A stretch of DNA of 64,000 bases. It comes from Chrysomallon squamiferum (taxonomy: Eukaryota > Animalia > Mollusca). The translations under genes were made by a program, and so were the position numbers. Location: contig CM022666.1 of the NCBI GenBank assembly GCA_012295275.1, positions 8,804,001 through 8,868,000 on the forward strand, in the 5' to 3' direction. Below the pieces are notes generated by a model. It was given only the letters and a program-made list of their open reading frames with translations. It made no database searches and was not told the origin of the DNA. Positions 40,308-54,130 of the stretch are shown piece after piece (position 1 is the first letter of the stretch; each line of letters begins with the position of its first letter).

Positions 40308-40774
40308 GTATGTATGTATATATAAATAATAATGTAACTAATATAATAGAATAAAATCCATACAAGTAATAAATAAGTAAACAATTTAAGTTAATCATTT
40401 AAATAAAATAAAATTAAATTAAATTAAATTAAACTGATAGTAATTCAAAGCAAACAAAATCAGGTTTCGCCACACAAACATTAAAAACAAATTTTATTCT
40501 AATCGGCCGCTTTACGCTAACTCGTAATAATTAAATAAATTATGAATGAATGAAAGAAGGTGGGAAGGAATAAATTAACGAATGTACCCAAAAAGCAACG
40601 AATTTATGCATAACAACATGACAACCCAAATACTTAAAATCAGATATGTGATATGTGTATATATAATGACAATACCTGACAGGGGACACATTGTTGCTAT
40701 ACAAAGTACTACTTTCATAAATTAGCAGCAACAAATACACTGTGTGGTCCTTCCCATTGTCAGAACACTACACT

Positions 40775-40838
40775 GAGCTACTGGCGTTCGTAATCCAGTC
40801 TGGTACCCGGCTAGAACGGGAAATAGACCAATATGGGC
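40775..40838 (-). mobile_element. Decayed SINE fragment (segment 5' of the MetaSINE core)
   Basis: Minus strand reads CCCATATTGGTCTATTTCCCGTTCTAGCCGGGTACCAGACTGGATTACGAACGCCAGTAG. This resembles the recalled gastropod SINE segment CCCATTGGGCTATTTCTCGTTCCAGCCAGTGCACCACGACTGGTATATCAAAGGCCGTGG; unverified. Confidence 0.45.
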
Positions 40839-42848
40839 AGTACACTCTCTGACTCACAACTCACAACTTTCGAATTACGATTAAAAAGAAGAAAAATATT
40901 TAAATTATTACGCCATGCTTTAACTGTCAAAAAAATTAATAATAGTAATAGTAATAAATAGAAGAAATGACATAAGAAATAATAGATAAATAAAGAAATA
41001 AAAGAAAAAGAAAAGAAAAGAAAAAGAAAGGAAGATATAACGGATAATAAGCTTTAGTAATGAAGATGTTTTTAATGTATGTTAGCTTTCTCAAAAATAT
41101 CAAATTTTCTTAAACATTATCATTTCTTAAACGAAAAGTATTATTTCAGTAATATGTATGAAGATATATGTGTGTATGTGTAGGTGCATGCATGTATGTA
41201 TAGGTATGTATGTATGTATGTATGTGTAGTGCATATATATATATATACATATATGTGTGTGTGTGTGTTTGTGTGTATATGTATGTATGCATGTACATGT
41301 AAGTGTCTGTATGTGTATGAGTTTAACATATACATATATGCATACATACATACACACATACATACACACATACATACACACACATACAAACATACATACT
41401 TTACATATACACCCACACTCACAGACATTAACATGCACACACAAAACAGATAAAACAGATAGCACATATCTAGACCTATTAACGATTCCGCTGTGTTATA
41501 CAAATATTTCTCAACCACTGACAACGTCAGCAATGTTTAGCGTGACACAACTCAGACGTCGTTACAGCGACGTTAACGAGGGATTACCAAACACGATACG
41601 CCAACAAAACGAACGCGACAAACGCAAAGTGAACACATTTAAATAACAGAGTAAAAATGTCAACAGCCCGCAAAACGAAAATAAAGTGAAGATGATAAAA
41701 CACTCAAAGCTGTGACTCGACATAAACCTCGATTTTATGACATCCGACCTCTTCGTAGAACACCGAATTATATAATGTGTCAGAAAGCTAATAGCTAAAA
41801 GCTTATCTTATGTGGGTTTGAGGGAGGGGTATGTGGGGAAAGAAGGTAAATGTCAGTAATTAGCTCATAAGTGATAACGGAATTCAAAATAAAAAAAAAA
41901 AAAATTTGTTTGATTATGTAATTAAAGATCGTAATATTTGTATGTGTGTATTTGTGCATATCTGTATGTGTGTATATGTGTATGTGTGTATGTGTATTTG
42001 TGTATGTGTGTACGTGTATTTGTGTATGTGTGTATGTGTATTTGTGCATGTGTGTATGTGTGTATTCGATGGATTTGAACATTCGTTTGAATTAAATAAA
42101 GCCTAGCATATAGAAGCATACACACATACAACACACATGTATGCACATACATGCATACACACACATTCACACATACATACATATACACAGTATATACATA
42201 AATACATACATACATATACATATGTATGTTTACATAGATACACAGATATATGTATAGAATGTCTAAATGCTGTATAAAATATACAAACAGACGAACAAAA
42301 AGGGTTAAACGACATATACATGTGAAATTCGATGAACTATACAAACATTCACACAAAGAGATTTAAACTGACTTACATAACGAGAAACATCTCACAAACA
42401 TTACCTAGCTGTCCGCTCGCACAACGAATTCTTTTCGTAAATATCTTCTCTTTTTTCTTTTTTTTTTTTTTTTTATATTTTTTGTTTAGCTTTAGATGTC
42501 ATAGATTCATGTTATGGCGACTGGACTCTTTTCAAGCAAGTCTGAAAAGAGGGTTTTTGCAAAAAGCTGCTATTGTGGCTGAAAGAAAAGACGTACGTTA
42601 AAACTCTGGCCCGGCGAGTGTATCATTTCGCATAGCGAGCCGCTATAATGCACGTTAGTCGATTCCTTTGTGCTTGGGATAATGGCCCACTTGAAAAAAG
42701 CCACAAAGAAGGCGGCGTTTCATTGTATGCACACAATACAACCCGCTTCTAAATATGTTCAGTATAATACAAATGAAGTGAACGGGTCTAGCAAACGGTA
42801 CCATGAAACTGTCTATAATCGTAGTAGCCCATTGGATTGTCGCCGATA

Positions 42849-42955
42849 ATTTTTTTTTTTTTTTTTTTTCTTTTAGTTTGCTTTTCTTTACTTGTCCCAC
42901 CATTAAATCGACTTCAGGCTTTATTTCTTTTTTTTTTTTTTTTTTTTTTGTTATG

Positions 42956-42998
<43 letters not shown>
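42849..42998. repeat. Poly-T tracts
   Basis: Three T homopolymers of about 20-40 nt. Confidence 0.95.
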
Positions 42999-42999
<1 letters not shown>

Positions 43000-43749
43000 T
43001 TCGCTACTGGAGACTTTGTAAATTGTTTCTCAAAAGGTTGAGAGAACATATATGAAGTCTAGGTAAAGAATACGGCATTGAATTTCGCATACAAGACCAA
43101 CATAATGACGGGAATTCTTGGCAACAGTTGTAAAGTTGTTTTCTTCCAGTTTTATTTTATTTTATTATTACACCTTTTTGTTACTCGTTTTATTGTTCAT
43201 AGACCTGGCGTTTGTATTGTGTTTTGTTTCCTTTAGGTTAGACGAGCCACGTACAAAACAGCGCAAACACACAAAACCATGCTTCGGTGGGAAACTTAGG
43301 CTTAAAAGAAGCGTTCTGTGAAAGCAGGGTAGTTTCCGAATAACAGTCTCTAAGAGGGACATTTCTCTTTGTATATAATGAATATTTTTTTATATTTATT
43401 CGTTGTAGTAGTTAATAAAACTATTCATGATAAACTCGAGTGATCTCAGCATACTGCATAAAAGAAGAAGTTGTTATTCTGAAGATTAAAACATGAATCG
43501 AGCTATTAAAAATAAACATACATTGTTATAGCTACATTCTGAAACACCCGTATAGAATTTCACTCAAGTTTATACCTAGATATATAAGTATTCTCACTCA
43601 TAAGAACTCACAGATAAAACCAATTGATACACACACATTTATATAGATACACACACATTTATATACACATATACAGGACTACACAAAAAAAGAAGATATT
43701 TATAGATACTCTCAGACAAGTACGGTAAGATCTACAAACTATCAGTTAT

Positions 43750-44060
43750 ATAGACACTCACATATACGTACGGAACGATCTACCCAAACTAAACTAACAT
43801 TATAGAGACATTTACCCATTTATATAGAGACACTCACATATACGTAGGGTAAGATATTCACAAACTAAACTAACATTATAGAGACATTTACCCATTTATA
43901 TAGAGACACTCACATATACACGTAGGGTAAGATATTCACAAACTAAACTAACATTATAGAGACATTTACCCATTTATATAGAAACACTCAAATATACGTA
44001 GGGTAAGATATTCACAAACTAAGAGTTATAGAGATATAAACACATTTATATAGACACACA
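43750..44060. repeat. 76-78-bp minisatellite, about 4 copies with decayed flanking copies
   Basis: GTAGGGTAAGATATTCACAAACTAAACTAACATTATAGAGACATTTACCCATTTATATAGAGACACTCACATATAC; anchors at 43844, 43922 and 43998. Confidence 0.95.
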
Positions 44061-44559
44061 CAAACACATAGGCTAAGATATATTCAGCCAGTCATAGATA
44101 TACAGACAGCACCACAGAGGTTTACAGTCATAGAAACAGAAATATAGATAAAGGGATTCACTGGAACGTATGGATGCAGATTCGATTTTTTTTTTTCTAT
44201 TTCGATTTCTTTATGTTATTTTCTATTTATTTTTTCTTAGCTTGTTTCGTGTTAATTTCTTTTATGTTTTCTTTTCTTTTTTTCATTATTCGTTTACTTT
44301 TTTCTTCTTTGTTTCTTCCACTCTTGTATTTTTCTCACATTTACTTCTTTTTATTATTTTTATAATTTCTTTTCTTTATTTTTATTTTATTCCTTTTTTC
44401 TTCGTTTTATACACAGTCATTATTATTATTATTCACGTAGTCTCTTCTTTTATTCATTACATTCATTCTACTTTCATTTCTTCTTTTTTTCCATTCATTT
44501 GATCTTGTCTCTTTTCTCCTTTTCCTTTCTTATTAAACTTGACCAAACTACAGTCACAA

Positions 44560-45670
44560 AAAGATTTTTCTTCCAAGCAGCGTCATTCCAGCACTGTCTT
44601 GCAAAGACTACGACCACGACCAGTCCTAACGAGAAAATATCGAAACTCGCAAAAAAAGGAAATATTTCTTTTTATTTTTATCTTTTTTCTTTTTCTTTTG
44701 CAAGCATCTGAAGAAGCGTGAAAGAATTGCAAGATTTTCTGGGCACGCGAGCTGATTTACAAATCCGGCCATTCAACAAGAAGACAACAGAAAAAGATGA
44801 CTCGGAAATGGCATTCAATGAACGCACAAAGGCACGTGCGTCTTAATAGACGGCCCGAGATGAGCCGAGATGGCAGTGTTTAAATGGATGCCTCAGTCTG
44901 CGAAGTTAAACCCGTCACTTTGGTCTAATCGCGTCTTTTTTGCCTCCAGATTGGAGCCGCACTAAAGGATGGCCGAATTTCATCAGGAACGAAAAGACGC
45001 CATAGAATTTCTCCTTTTCACTGTTTAGCTGAAGCTTTCAAAAGGGACGTCACGTTTCTTGCAAATGAAATATGTGCAGATATTCTATGCAGCTTCAACG
45101 TATCGGATGAGGGAGACAGAGAGGAAAAAGAATCGGGACTCGGGCTTGATAAATAAGAGCATTGTTCGGACCGACACGATAAAGTGTCCCAGTATTTAGA
45201 GGAAAATGTATTTCTCTTGGTGAATACGGGATGCTATCAACTGCTGTATTCATCGCTCGCATCAGCGGGGAAGAGGCCTATTCACAAAAGTAAAATATGA
45301 TAGTCACTTCTCAATGGTGATTTTCAATGGGTTCTGGAAAATATCTCCTCGCGTCCATTGTACACGCGCTTTTTGAAGGAAAAAAAAAAGAGTTTTTCTA
45401 TGGGCAGAATTCACTGATCAACCGAAGTGGTTGAAATTGCAGCGAAGTTACAAAGCAGGAGGGCTGAAAAGAGAGATATTCGTAAAGAAAGTGAAACAAA
45501 AGCGGCTCCATTACTGTGTTATTGGATGGCTGACGCGTCGAATACTGTACATATTTGCAAAGTGTTAAAGCAAATATTTAATGGCTTGCGACTTTGGTGT
45601 TCTAGTCAGCGGGAGGAATTAAGTGAACACGTTAAAGCGTGCGACAAACACACGAATCTGAACAACTCTC
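44560..45670. promoter_or_regulatory. Longest complex CpG-retaining non-coding island
   Basis: About 1.1 kb with almost no microsatellite, many CpG, no long ORF with recognisable homology. Confidence 0.35.
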
Positions 45671-45712
45671 CTCGCTTTCCTTTCTCTATCTCTCTCTATC
45701 TTTATCTTTCTG

Positions 45713-45997
<285 letters not shown>

Positions 45998-46153
45998 CGT
46001 GTTCACCAAAACTTTCTGTCTTTGTGTCTCTATCTCCCTATCCATGTTTAACTTTTTCTCTGTCTCTTTGTATTATCATATTTAATTTGTTAATAAGTTA
46101 GAGAGACAGGGAAGGGCAATTTAAAAATATTACACATCAAATTACACACACAC

Positions 46154-46278
<125 letters not shown>

Positions 46279-47208
46279 AAAGTTATTACACATCAGATTA
46301 CGAAATATAAATAAATGAATTAATATATATACATACACACACACAGAGAGATTTTTAAAATTATTAGACATGAGATTGTAAATACCAAAGAAATTATATA
46401 TATTTATATATATATACACACACACACACGCATACACACACATACACCCACACACAGACACAATTATTACAGTAACATAAAACTTACCTTCACAAGCAAA
46501 CAAGAATCACGTCACGTTTTCGTAAAAGAATCATAACGACGTTACCAGCAAACAGATTCCATGTGAATGTGTTTCAGTTGTATATTTATTTCTCTGTCCA
46601 GGTACGACGACACGAGAAATTACACGAGAACCTTTTGTCGACGTTACAAAAGCGCCAGTCAGTTAAAAGCTAATAAACCTGGGGAATGAAAAGGAAGCGA
46701 AGCACTATGGGTATAAAAGCGCATGGTTTATGGTATTGGGTAGATTGTGCCACACATTTTCCGTTCTATTGTTTATGGTAAATGTCTGTCAGTACATGAG
46801 TCGGGATTTCCATAAGCCAGTTCGGTCTCCAAAGGTCGCCTATTGTGCAGGGTTTTTTGTTCGTGAACAAATACGACTTTGGTTACTTTTTGTTTTCATT
46901 GTGTTCGTTTTCCACACTCGAAGGATCATGATATGTAACATATTTTGTTTCAAAAGCGAAGTGGAGAGCAGACGTGTAATATTTAGACATTATTTGTCTT
47001 TGTGAATCGATGACTGACTGAATGTTTCATTACCCTTTATTATTATCATTGTTATTGTTATTATTATAATTATTATTATTATCATCATCATCGTCATCAT
47101 TATTATTACTATTATATTACTAGTATTTATTTATTTATTTATTTATTTATTTATTATTAATTTTATTATTACTACTTCTACTGCTGCTACAACTACTATT
47201 ACTGGTAC

Positions 47209-47275
<67 letters not shown>

Positions 47276-47445
47276 TCAGGTTAAATCGTTTATTATGTAA
47301 TGTGAAACTGTTAAGTAAGTCTTTCTTGCATCATTAATTTTATATTACTTGTTGTGTTTTTACATGTTCCTCTATAAGTATATGTTTGCATGTGTGTACG
47401 TATTTATGTATGTATATAATATATAGGTAGGTATGTGTTTAAATA

Positions 47446-47495
47446 TCTCTTTCTCTCTCTCTCTCTATCTCTTTCACTCTCTCTCTCTCCCTCCA

Positions 47496-47590
<95 letters not shown>
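47446..47590. repeat. (CT)n(AT)n compound microsatellite
   Basis: Directly visible. Confidence 0.96.
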
Positions 47591-47591
<1 letters not shown>

Positions 47592-47647
47592 TTTCTGATA
47601 CTATAAACACCATCAAAAAACTTCACTGACGATTCCGTTTCAGTATC

Positions 47648-47709
47648 TACTGAGTTTTGAACTCTTAGCCTATAGTTTTAAAAGTAATGACTTAACCATT
47701 GATCATAGT
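47648..47709 (-). mobile_element. Possible decayed tRNA-derived SINE head
   Basis: Minus strand TATGATCAATGGTTAAG (A-box-like) ... GAGTTCAAAACTCAG (B-box-like) at tRNA-like spacing; heavily AT-eroded. Confidence 0.25.
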
Positions 47710-48240
47710 AATGTTTATACTCAGTGTCATTTCAGAAGTAAAAAATGAACGTATTCCGTCCGTACGTCTGATTTTGCGTTCCATTATTCACTGTCATTCT
47801 TTTTTCTTTTTTCTTTCGTTCTTTCATTGTTGTATTTATTCGCTTCTATTTTTTATTCTGTGATCACTACTTTAAATGACTGGCTGATCTATTTATCCGT
47901 CGGTCGTTCATAACGGCACACATATACAATTAAAATAAACTAGTGATAACTATTCATTCATATCATTAATGCTGGGAGATTTGTTTTTTGTTTTTGTTGT
48001 TGTTTGTAAGACAGACTAAACCGAATCGTAGTGATAATTCTAAATAACATCAAATAAAATAAAACAAATTCAGACATATATATATATATATATATATATC
48101 GTAAATAAGACAAATAAACAAATTTATACATGCATACAAATACACCCATACACAGAAAACACATTATGCACACACATGCACACATACACACATTCACACA
48201 CACACTACCCACATACATGACAGATACATAAAAAAACAAA

Positions 48241-48310
48241 TACATACATACATACATACATACATACATACATACATACATACATACATACATACATACA
48301 TACATACATA
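48241..48310. repeat. (TACA)n microsatellite
   Basis: About 17 perfect units. Confidence 0.97.
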
Positions 48311-48674
48311 ATACACTTAAAATAAACTTATTCCAGATACATGTCTATCGTAATTTAACAAACACATGATCACTCGCAGACATATACTCAAACGATTACA
48401 ATGCACTAACCGCATACAAATTTAATGATCTTGAAACGTATACAACGATAAACATAAATATAAAAGATGAAATGCGATGAACATAAATTATAGCACACGC
48501 TAGTGCAGACCACGAAACACAGCGACAAGCACAGAAAGGAAGAGGATTAAAACTTACCTGTTCAACTGTCAGTCTCATCTTTCGCTTCCTGGGTTATTTG
48601 ATTTCATCCGAGAAAAACAGTTCACATATTTTCCAGTCTGTAAATCCACGGAATTTTTGTTGTTGTTTTTTCAC

Positions 48675-48679
<5 letters not shown>

Positions 48680-48746
<67 letters not shown>

Positions 48747-48812
48747 ATTAACATACTAATAAACGCACACACACACACATTTATATACATACATACTCAG
48801 ACTCCTACACTG

Positions 48813-48850
<38 letters not shown>

Positions 48851-49085
48851 ACATGTCTGCATACAAACACACTTACATATACTAATAGTCATACACATAC
48901 CCCAACATCCACGTACACATCACTCTGTATATAAACACATGAACATACATACGCACACTCGTACACACATCGATAGACTCACAGACACACAAACATATTC
49001 ATATAAATACATTCACATACACATACACATAAATACACACACACACACACAAACATATCCGTATCGATATATTCATACATACATA

Positions 49086-49119
<34 letters not shown>

Positions 49120-49345
49120 CATACATACATATATACATACATATATACATACATACATATATCCATACATACATTTACACATTATTACACACATATATAC
49201 ACTCTTACTCCGCCACACACACACTCACACACATTAACGCACTCACGCACTAACCACACATACATTTACACATTATTACACACATATATACACACACTTA
49301 CTGCGCCACACACACACTCACACACCTTAACGCATTCACGCACTG
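48680..49345. repeat. (CA)/(TACA)-derived low-complexity block ending in a ~91-bp tandem duplication
   Basis: (CA) at 48680-48743. Duplicated ACATACATTTACACATTATTACACACATATATAC...CGCCACACAC...TTAACGCA.TCACGCACT at about 49167 and 49258. Confidence 0.92.
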
Positions 49346-49369
49346 ACAACACCAGTGTTAAATTAACAA

Positions 49370-50110
49370 ACCTCTTTTCCTCCCAGTCCATGCCAAGAAC
49401 TTGACAAATTTAAAATTCCACAGAAATTCTCTTTTTACACAGCAAAACTCTTCCAACAATCAAAAAACATTTCGACTCATTAATCCACTGATTCCTAATT
49501 CGATGTCTTCATTTAGAGAAAGCACACGGAAATCCTCTGTTTGTTTACATATATCCCCAGGTGTATTTCTCCTTATATCTATATCCACGTACGTACACAT
49601 ACGTATTAACGAACCGCTCGCTCGAAGCTGTCGCCGCGTTCTGGCTATATGTCGTCTGCCTTCGCATTGATCGACTATTTCCGGGTCGGCCCGGCGTACG
49701 AGCTCGTGTCTTCCTCGCACACAGCTCACGCCGTGTTGAGAATTACCGCCGACCAAAGGCGGACTTTGTTTTCTATTCACAACGGTCATCTGCTTTCAAC
49801 GTTCGCAGACGAACCGTCCATTATAACGCCGTCGAGAAACACGGGTCTTTATCTTTGCGAAATATGTCGGACAATGCCGACTACGAACTTTCATTGTGGT
49901 CCCCTGGCAATGCCTTCAACCCAACCACCTCGTCTGTCTGTTCGTCCATACTCGCCCCGAGAGAAAAGCTCTGTTGAAAAGGTTCCGCTTCTCCGACACC
50001 CCCCACCATCACGGTATTACAGTACAAACCTCCTACGGCTTATAGAAATACGTTTACGTCCTTCTATTCAATGTGCTTCATCTATAGCTTAATGTCGTCC
50101 GAACAAACCA
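49370..50110. other. Very CpG-rich complex island with overlapping unassignable ORFs
   Basis: Very high CpG density. ORFs of 109-147 aa on both strands have no recognisable domain. Confidence 0.4.
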
Positions 50111-50643
50111 AACAATACGGAAAATAGGTAACAGGACATTAAACTTTGTTCTGTCTTCTCTTTATCAACCTAGGTATTTCTGTCCTTTTTCTTTTTTCTT
50201 TTTTCTTTTTCTTTTCTCTCTAGGGATTGGAGGGGGGTGGTTCCACAGTGTGGGGGGGACAATTCATCTTACGAAGATTTCATAGCAATAAAACGTGGGG
50301 GCTTCATAAAGTAAGTGAGAAAAGAGGCCGGGCTGGGATCGACGTGAATGCTATCAGATATTTTTAAGGCCTATTTCCAATAAAGATAAATAAAAATAAA
50401 GCCTCTTTTGTACGTCAATACTGCGGGCTAGAAACACGACAACAATACGAGTTGACTGGTTAACGAGAGCCAGTTGAAAACCAGTGTAGTAAATTAAACA
50501 TAATTAGCGTTACACTATTGTCATACAATAGACTGGCTTGGCTGTCACTCGCATAATGCGATCACCTGTTTAAAAAGGTAATTTTTATTTTTTATGTTTT
50601 GTTATTCAGATGTTAAGTGTGCGCCGTGACACCTCGCGCTATC

Positions 50644-51650
50644 GTGTTTGTGTATATCTACGTGTATTACATACACTCTTATAATGTGTTTGTGTATATC
50701 TACGTGTATTACATACACTCTTATAATGTGTTTGTGTTTATCTACGTGTATTACATACACTCTTATAATGTATGCAGATAGGTGTTTGTGTATATCTACG
50801 TGTATTACATACACTCTTATAATGTGTTTGTGTTTATCTACGTGTATTACATACACTCTTATAATGTATGCAGATAGGTGTTTGTGTATATCTACGTGTA
50901 TTACATACACTCTTATAATGTGTTTGTGTATATCTATGTGTATTACATACACTCTTATAATGTGTTTGTGTATATCTATGTGTATTACATACACTCTTAT
51001 AATGTGTTTGTATATATCTACGTGTATTACATACACTCTTATAATGTATGCAGATATGTATATATGTGTATTACATACACTCTTATAATGTGTTTGTATA
51101 TATCTACGTGTTATACATGTTATAATAGGTGTTTGTGATTATATACGTGTATTACATACACTCTTATAATGTGTTTGTATATCTACGTGTATTACATACA
51201 CTCTTATAATGTGTGTGTGTATATCTACGTGTATTACATACACTCTTATAATGTGTTTGTATATATCAACGTGTATTACATACTCTCTTATAATGTATGC
51301 AGATAGGTGTTTGTGTATATCTACGTGTATTACATACACTCTTATAATGTATGCAGATAGGTGTTTGTGTATATCTACGTGTATTACATACACTCTTATA
51401 ATGTGTTTGTGTATATCTACGTGTATTACATACACTCTTATAATGTATGCAGATAGGTGTTTGTGTATATCTACGTGTATTACATACACTCTTATAATGT
51501 GTTTGTGTATATCTACGTGTATTACATACACTCTTATAATGTATGCAGATATGTGTTTGTGTATATCTACGTGTATTACATACACTCTTATAATGTGTTT
51601 GTGTATATCTACGTGTATTACATACACTCTTATAATGTATGCAGATATAT
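50644..51650. repeat. 42/54-bp minisatellite, about 21 units
   Basis: Short unit GTGTTTGTGTATATCTACGTGTATTACATACACTCTTATAAT (42 bp); the long unit adds GTATGCAGATAG/T (12 bp). Confidence 0.98.
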
Positions 51651-51795
51651 GCAAATATGTCACTGTATAGAATTGTATTACAACTATTGAAAATACACAT
51701 ACACACACATTATATAAATATATACATACACATTTATACATATTCATACACATATATACACACACACAAACATACACACACTTTAAACTATTCAA

Positions 51796-51846
<51 letters not shown>

Positions 51847-51996
51847 TAGACTCATACATATTATGCACAAAAGAAAATTTACAGAAAAATAAAAGATGTT
51901 TTCGTATGTGAATCCATCATTACTACTACTACCACAACTATTATCATCACCACTACTAATTCTCCTACAACTACTATTATTGCTCCTGCTGTTTCA

Positions 51997-52040
<44 letters not shown>

Positions 52041-52589
52041 ACTACCACTAGGTTTATTATATTTTGTATATTTACTTTTTATATTATATCTTTTAATTTT
52101 ATTCTTTTTTTTTCCTTTATTTATTTGTTTATTTATTAACTTTTTTATTATTTTATTTTATTTATTCTTTTCCCCCTTTATTTATTTATTTATTTATCTA
52201 TTTATTTATTTATTTTGTAATAAATAAGATCACGCTAAAATCAGGTTAATTTAAAAAATATTTCTGTTGTACACCTCATTTTGTTTCATTATCATCATTT
52301 TCTTCTTTGTTCATCTTCTTCTCCCTTACGACTACATCTATCTATTAATAATTTTTTTACTAATCTCTCTTCTTTTTTTCTACAACCATGACTACATCTT
52401 CTTCTTCTACTACAACATCTGCTGTTGTCTTTCCTTTTTCTTCTTCCTTCCATTCTGTTTTTCTTTTTGTTCTTCTTCTTTTATGATCATTTTTTTTTTT
52501 TCTTTCTTTTTTTATGTGGACAGCTTATTCTTTTATCTTTTTTTTTTATTTAATCTTTTCTTTTTTTCAAAAATCGTTTTTCCTGTTCC

Positions 52590-53330
52590 CGTTATCATGT
52601 GACCTATCCGATCTTTTGACAAAAACACCCCTCCCATCCTTCAACCCTTACACCCACCCTTGTCTGCCTGACACGCGCCACTCTCACAAATGGGAAAATG
52701 ATGACTAGGTGGCCGCACTTTGAATTCATCTGAACCTCTTTTCTCGCGCCGTAATGTTACTCAGAGGAGGTGGAAAACGCCACAAGAAATTTCACTGCTT
52801 TAAGCCGCCCGCTCGGCCCATTGTGCTCGCGAGAAGCGAGGGAGACAGAGAGAAAAACGCGATCTATAGCCGTTAATTAAAGTATCGAGCAAATAATACA
52901 GAGTTATTCCAATCTCAGTTGCTAAGTTTTCTTCTTCTTCATCTCGCCATCCCTTCATAAATCAGGGCGAAAGAATGGACCCATTTTTCTTTCTAACTGC
53001 ATTTAACCCCAGTCAAATCGGCGCACCATTTCTATAGGCGCATAAATGCGACCATTCAATGCTTAGAAATTCGGTAACGTTTTTACGCATGCGCATAGGC
53101 GATTCCCATTCGTTGGCCGTGATTACGGTAAAATAAGCTTTTATGAAACCTGCTTCAAACGCTGCAAAAGATCTCATCATCAACATCTGCCTCCCTACAT
53201 TCCTTTTCAATTCGTAGCTGAAAAACCAGGCAGGGTTCTTTTGTAGAGGTTCCAGCGTAACTGAATTGCTGACGAAGATTCGGTATTGTTCGCCTCTCTG
53301 ACTCAGTGTTCTTTCAACAGAAACGAAATC
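52590..53330. promoter_or_regulatory. CpG-rich non-coding island
   Basis: NRF1-like ACGCATGCGCA at 53086-53096, CTCF-like GACTAGGTGGCCGC near 52703, TCTCGCGCC and CTCGCGAGA motifs. Confidence 0.4.
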
Positions 53331-54089
53331 TGAATCTATTTTCTTCTTGTAAGGGTATGGAAGTGACAGAAGTGGGAAGATTTTTTTTTCTTTCTTGCTT
53401 TCTTTTTCTTCTTTCATTTGTATCTCTTTTTTGTCTTCTCATTTGAGTGTCGGTTTTCTTATTCGTTTTCCATCATTTTAAAAAAAATTCTCTCTCTTTT
53501 CAGACTTAATTTTTTTTTTTCACTCTTTTCTTCTTCACTTTTCATTCTTTTTATTTCTTCAGTTTATTCTTTTATTACAGTCTTTCTTCTTCTTTCCTTC
53601 GAATATTTTTCTCTTTTTTTTTCTTTGTTTTTTCCTTAATTTATAAATTTACATTTAGGTTTTTTTAACTGTAAAAGCGCTTCCAATTATAGTTCTAATT
53701 TAAATAAGCATCACTATCCATCAGTCTTAACATTGCAACAATGGTGGATCCAACGTCGTTTTGGAGTCAGGACTCAAACAGAACTGACTGCTGGCTGCAC
53801 ACAATTACAAAAAGTGTTATCCTGATTTACTTATGTACTTAAAGTCAACGTGAAAAAGTTCATTAAACGATGAAGATCCAGCAGGTATCTAACTCAATTA
53901 CCAACGCCTTCATTTGTAGAATATATTTCAAATTATACATAAATATTTGTCATCTGTACTGTTCCCAGTTTGATGAAAAATAATTACAATACATGATAAG
54001 TAATAAAATCCATACCTTTGTTGTGAATTCACTTCACAGGTAACAAAGTAAATATAAAGAACGTCCCGTCGTGTTTCTAAGATGTTTCT

Positions 54090-54130
54090 AATAACTGATG
54101 ACGTCATAATGATCCGACCTTTGACCTTGT
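54090..54130 (+). mobile_element. Dispersed repeat relic, copy C (core only)
   Basis: ATGACGTCATAATGATCCGACCTTTGACCT: same CRE, 8-nt spacer and DR1 layout as copies A and B. Confidence 0.5.

Noticed and set aside
42849-42998. Poly-T tracts as retroposon poly-A tails
   Set aside because: No adjacent element body or target-site duplication; such tracts are ubiquitous here and homopolymer lengths may be sequencing-inflated.
44809-44836. Partial miR-124 similarity (TGGCATTCA; AAGGCACG)
   Set aside because: Only 8-9-nt matches in incompatible orientation; no mature sequence or precursor hairpin. No other conserved bilaterian miRNA that I checked from memory was found.
50602-51870. His/Ile/Val- and Cys-rich repeat protein ORFs
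   Set aside because: Products of a minisatellite whose units are multiples of 3. Open on both strands, broken mid-array, with no splice or promoter support.
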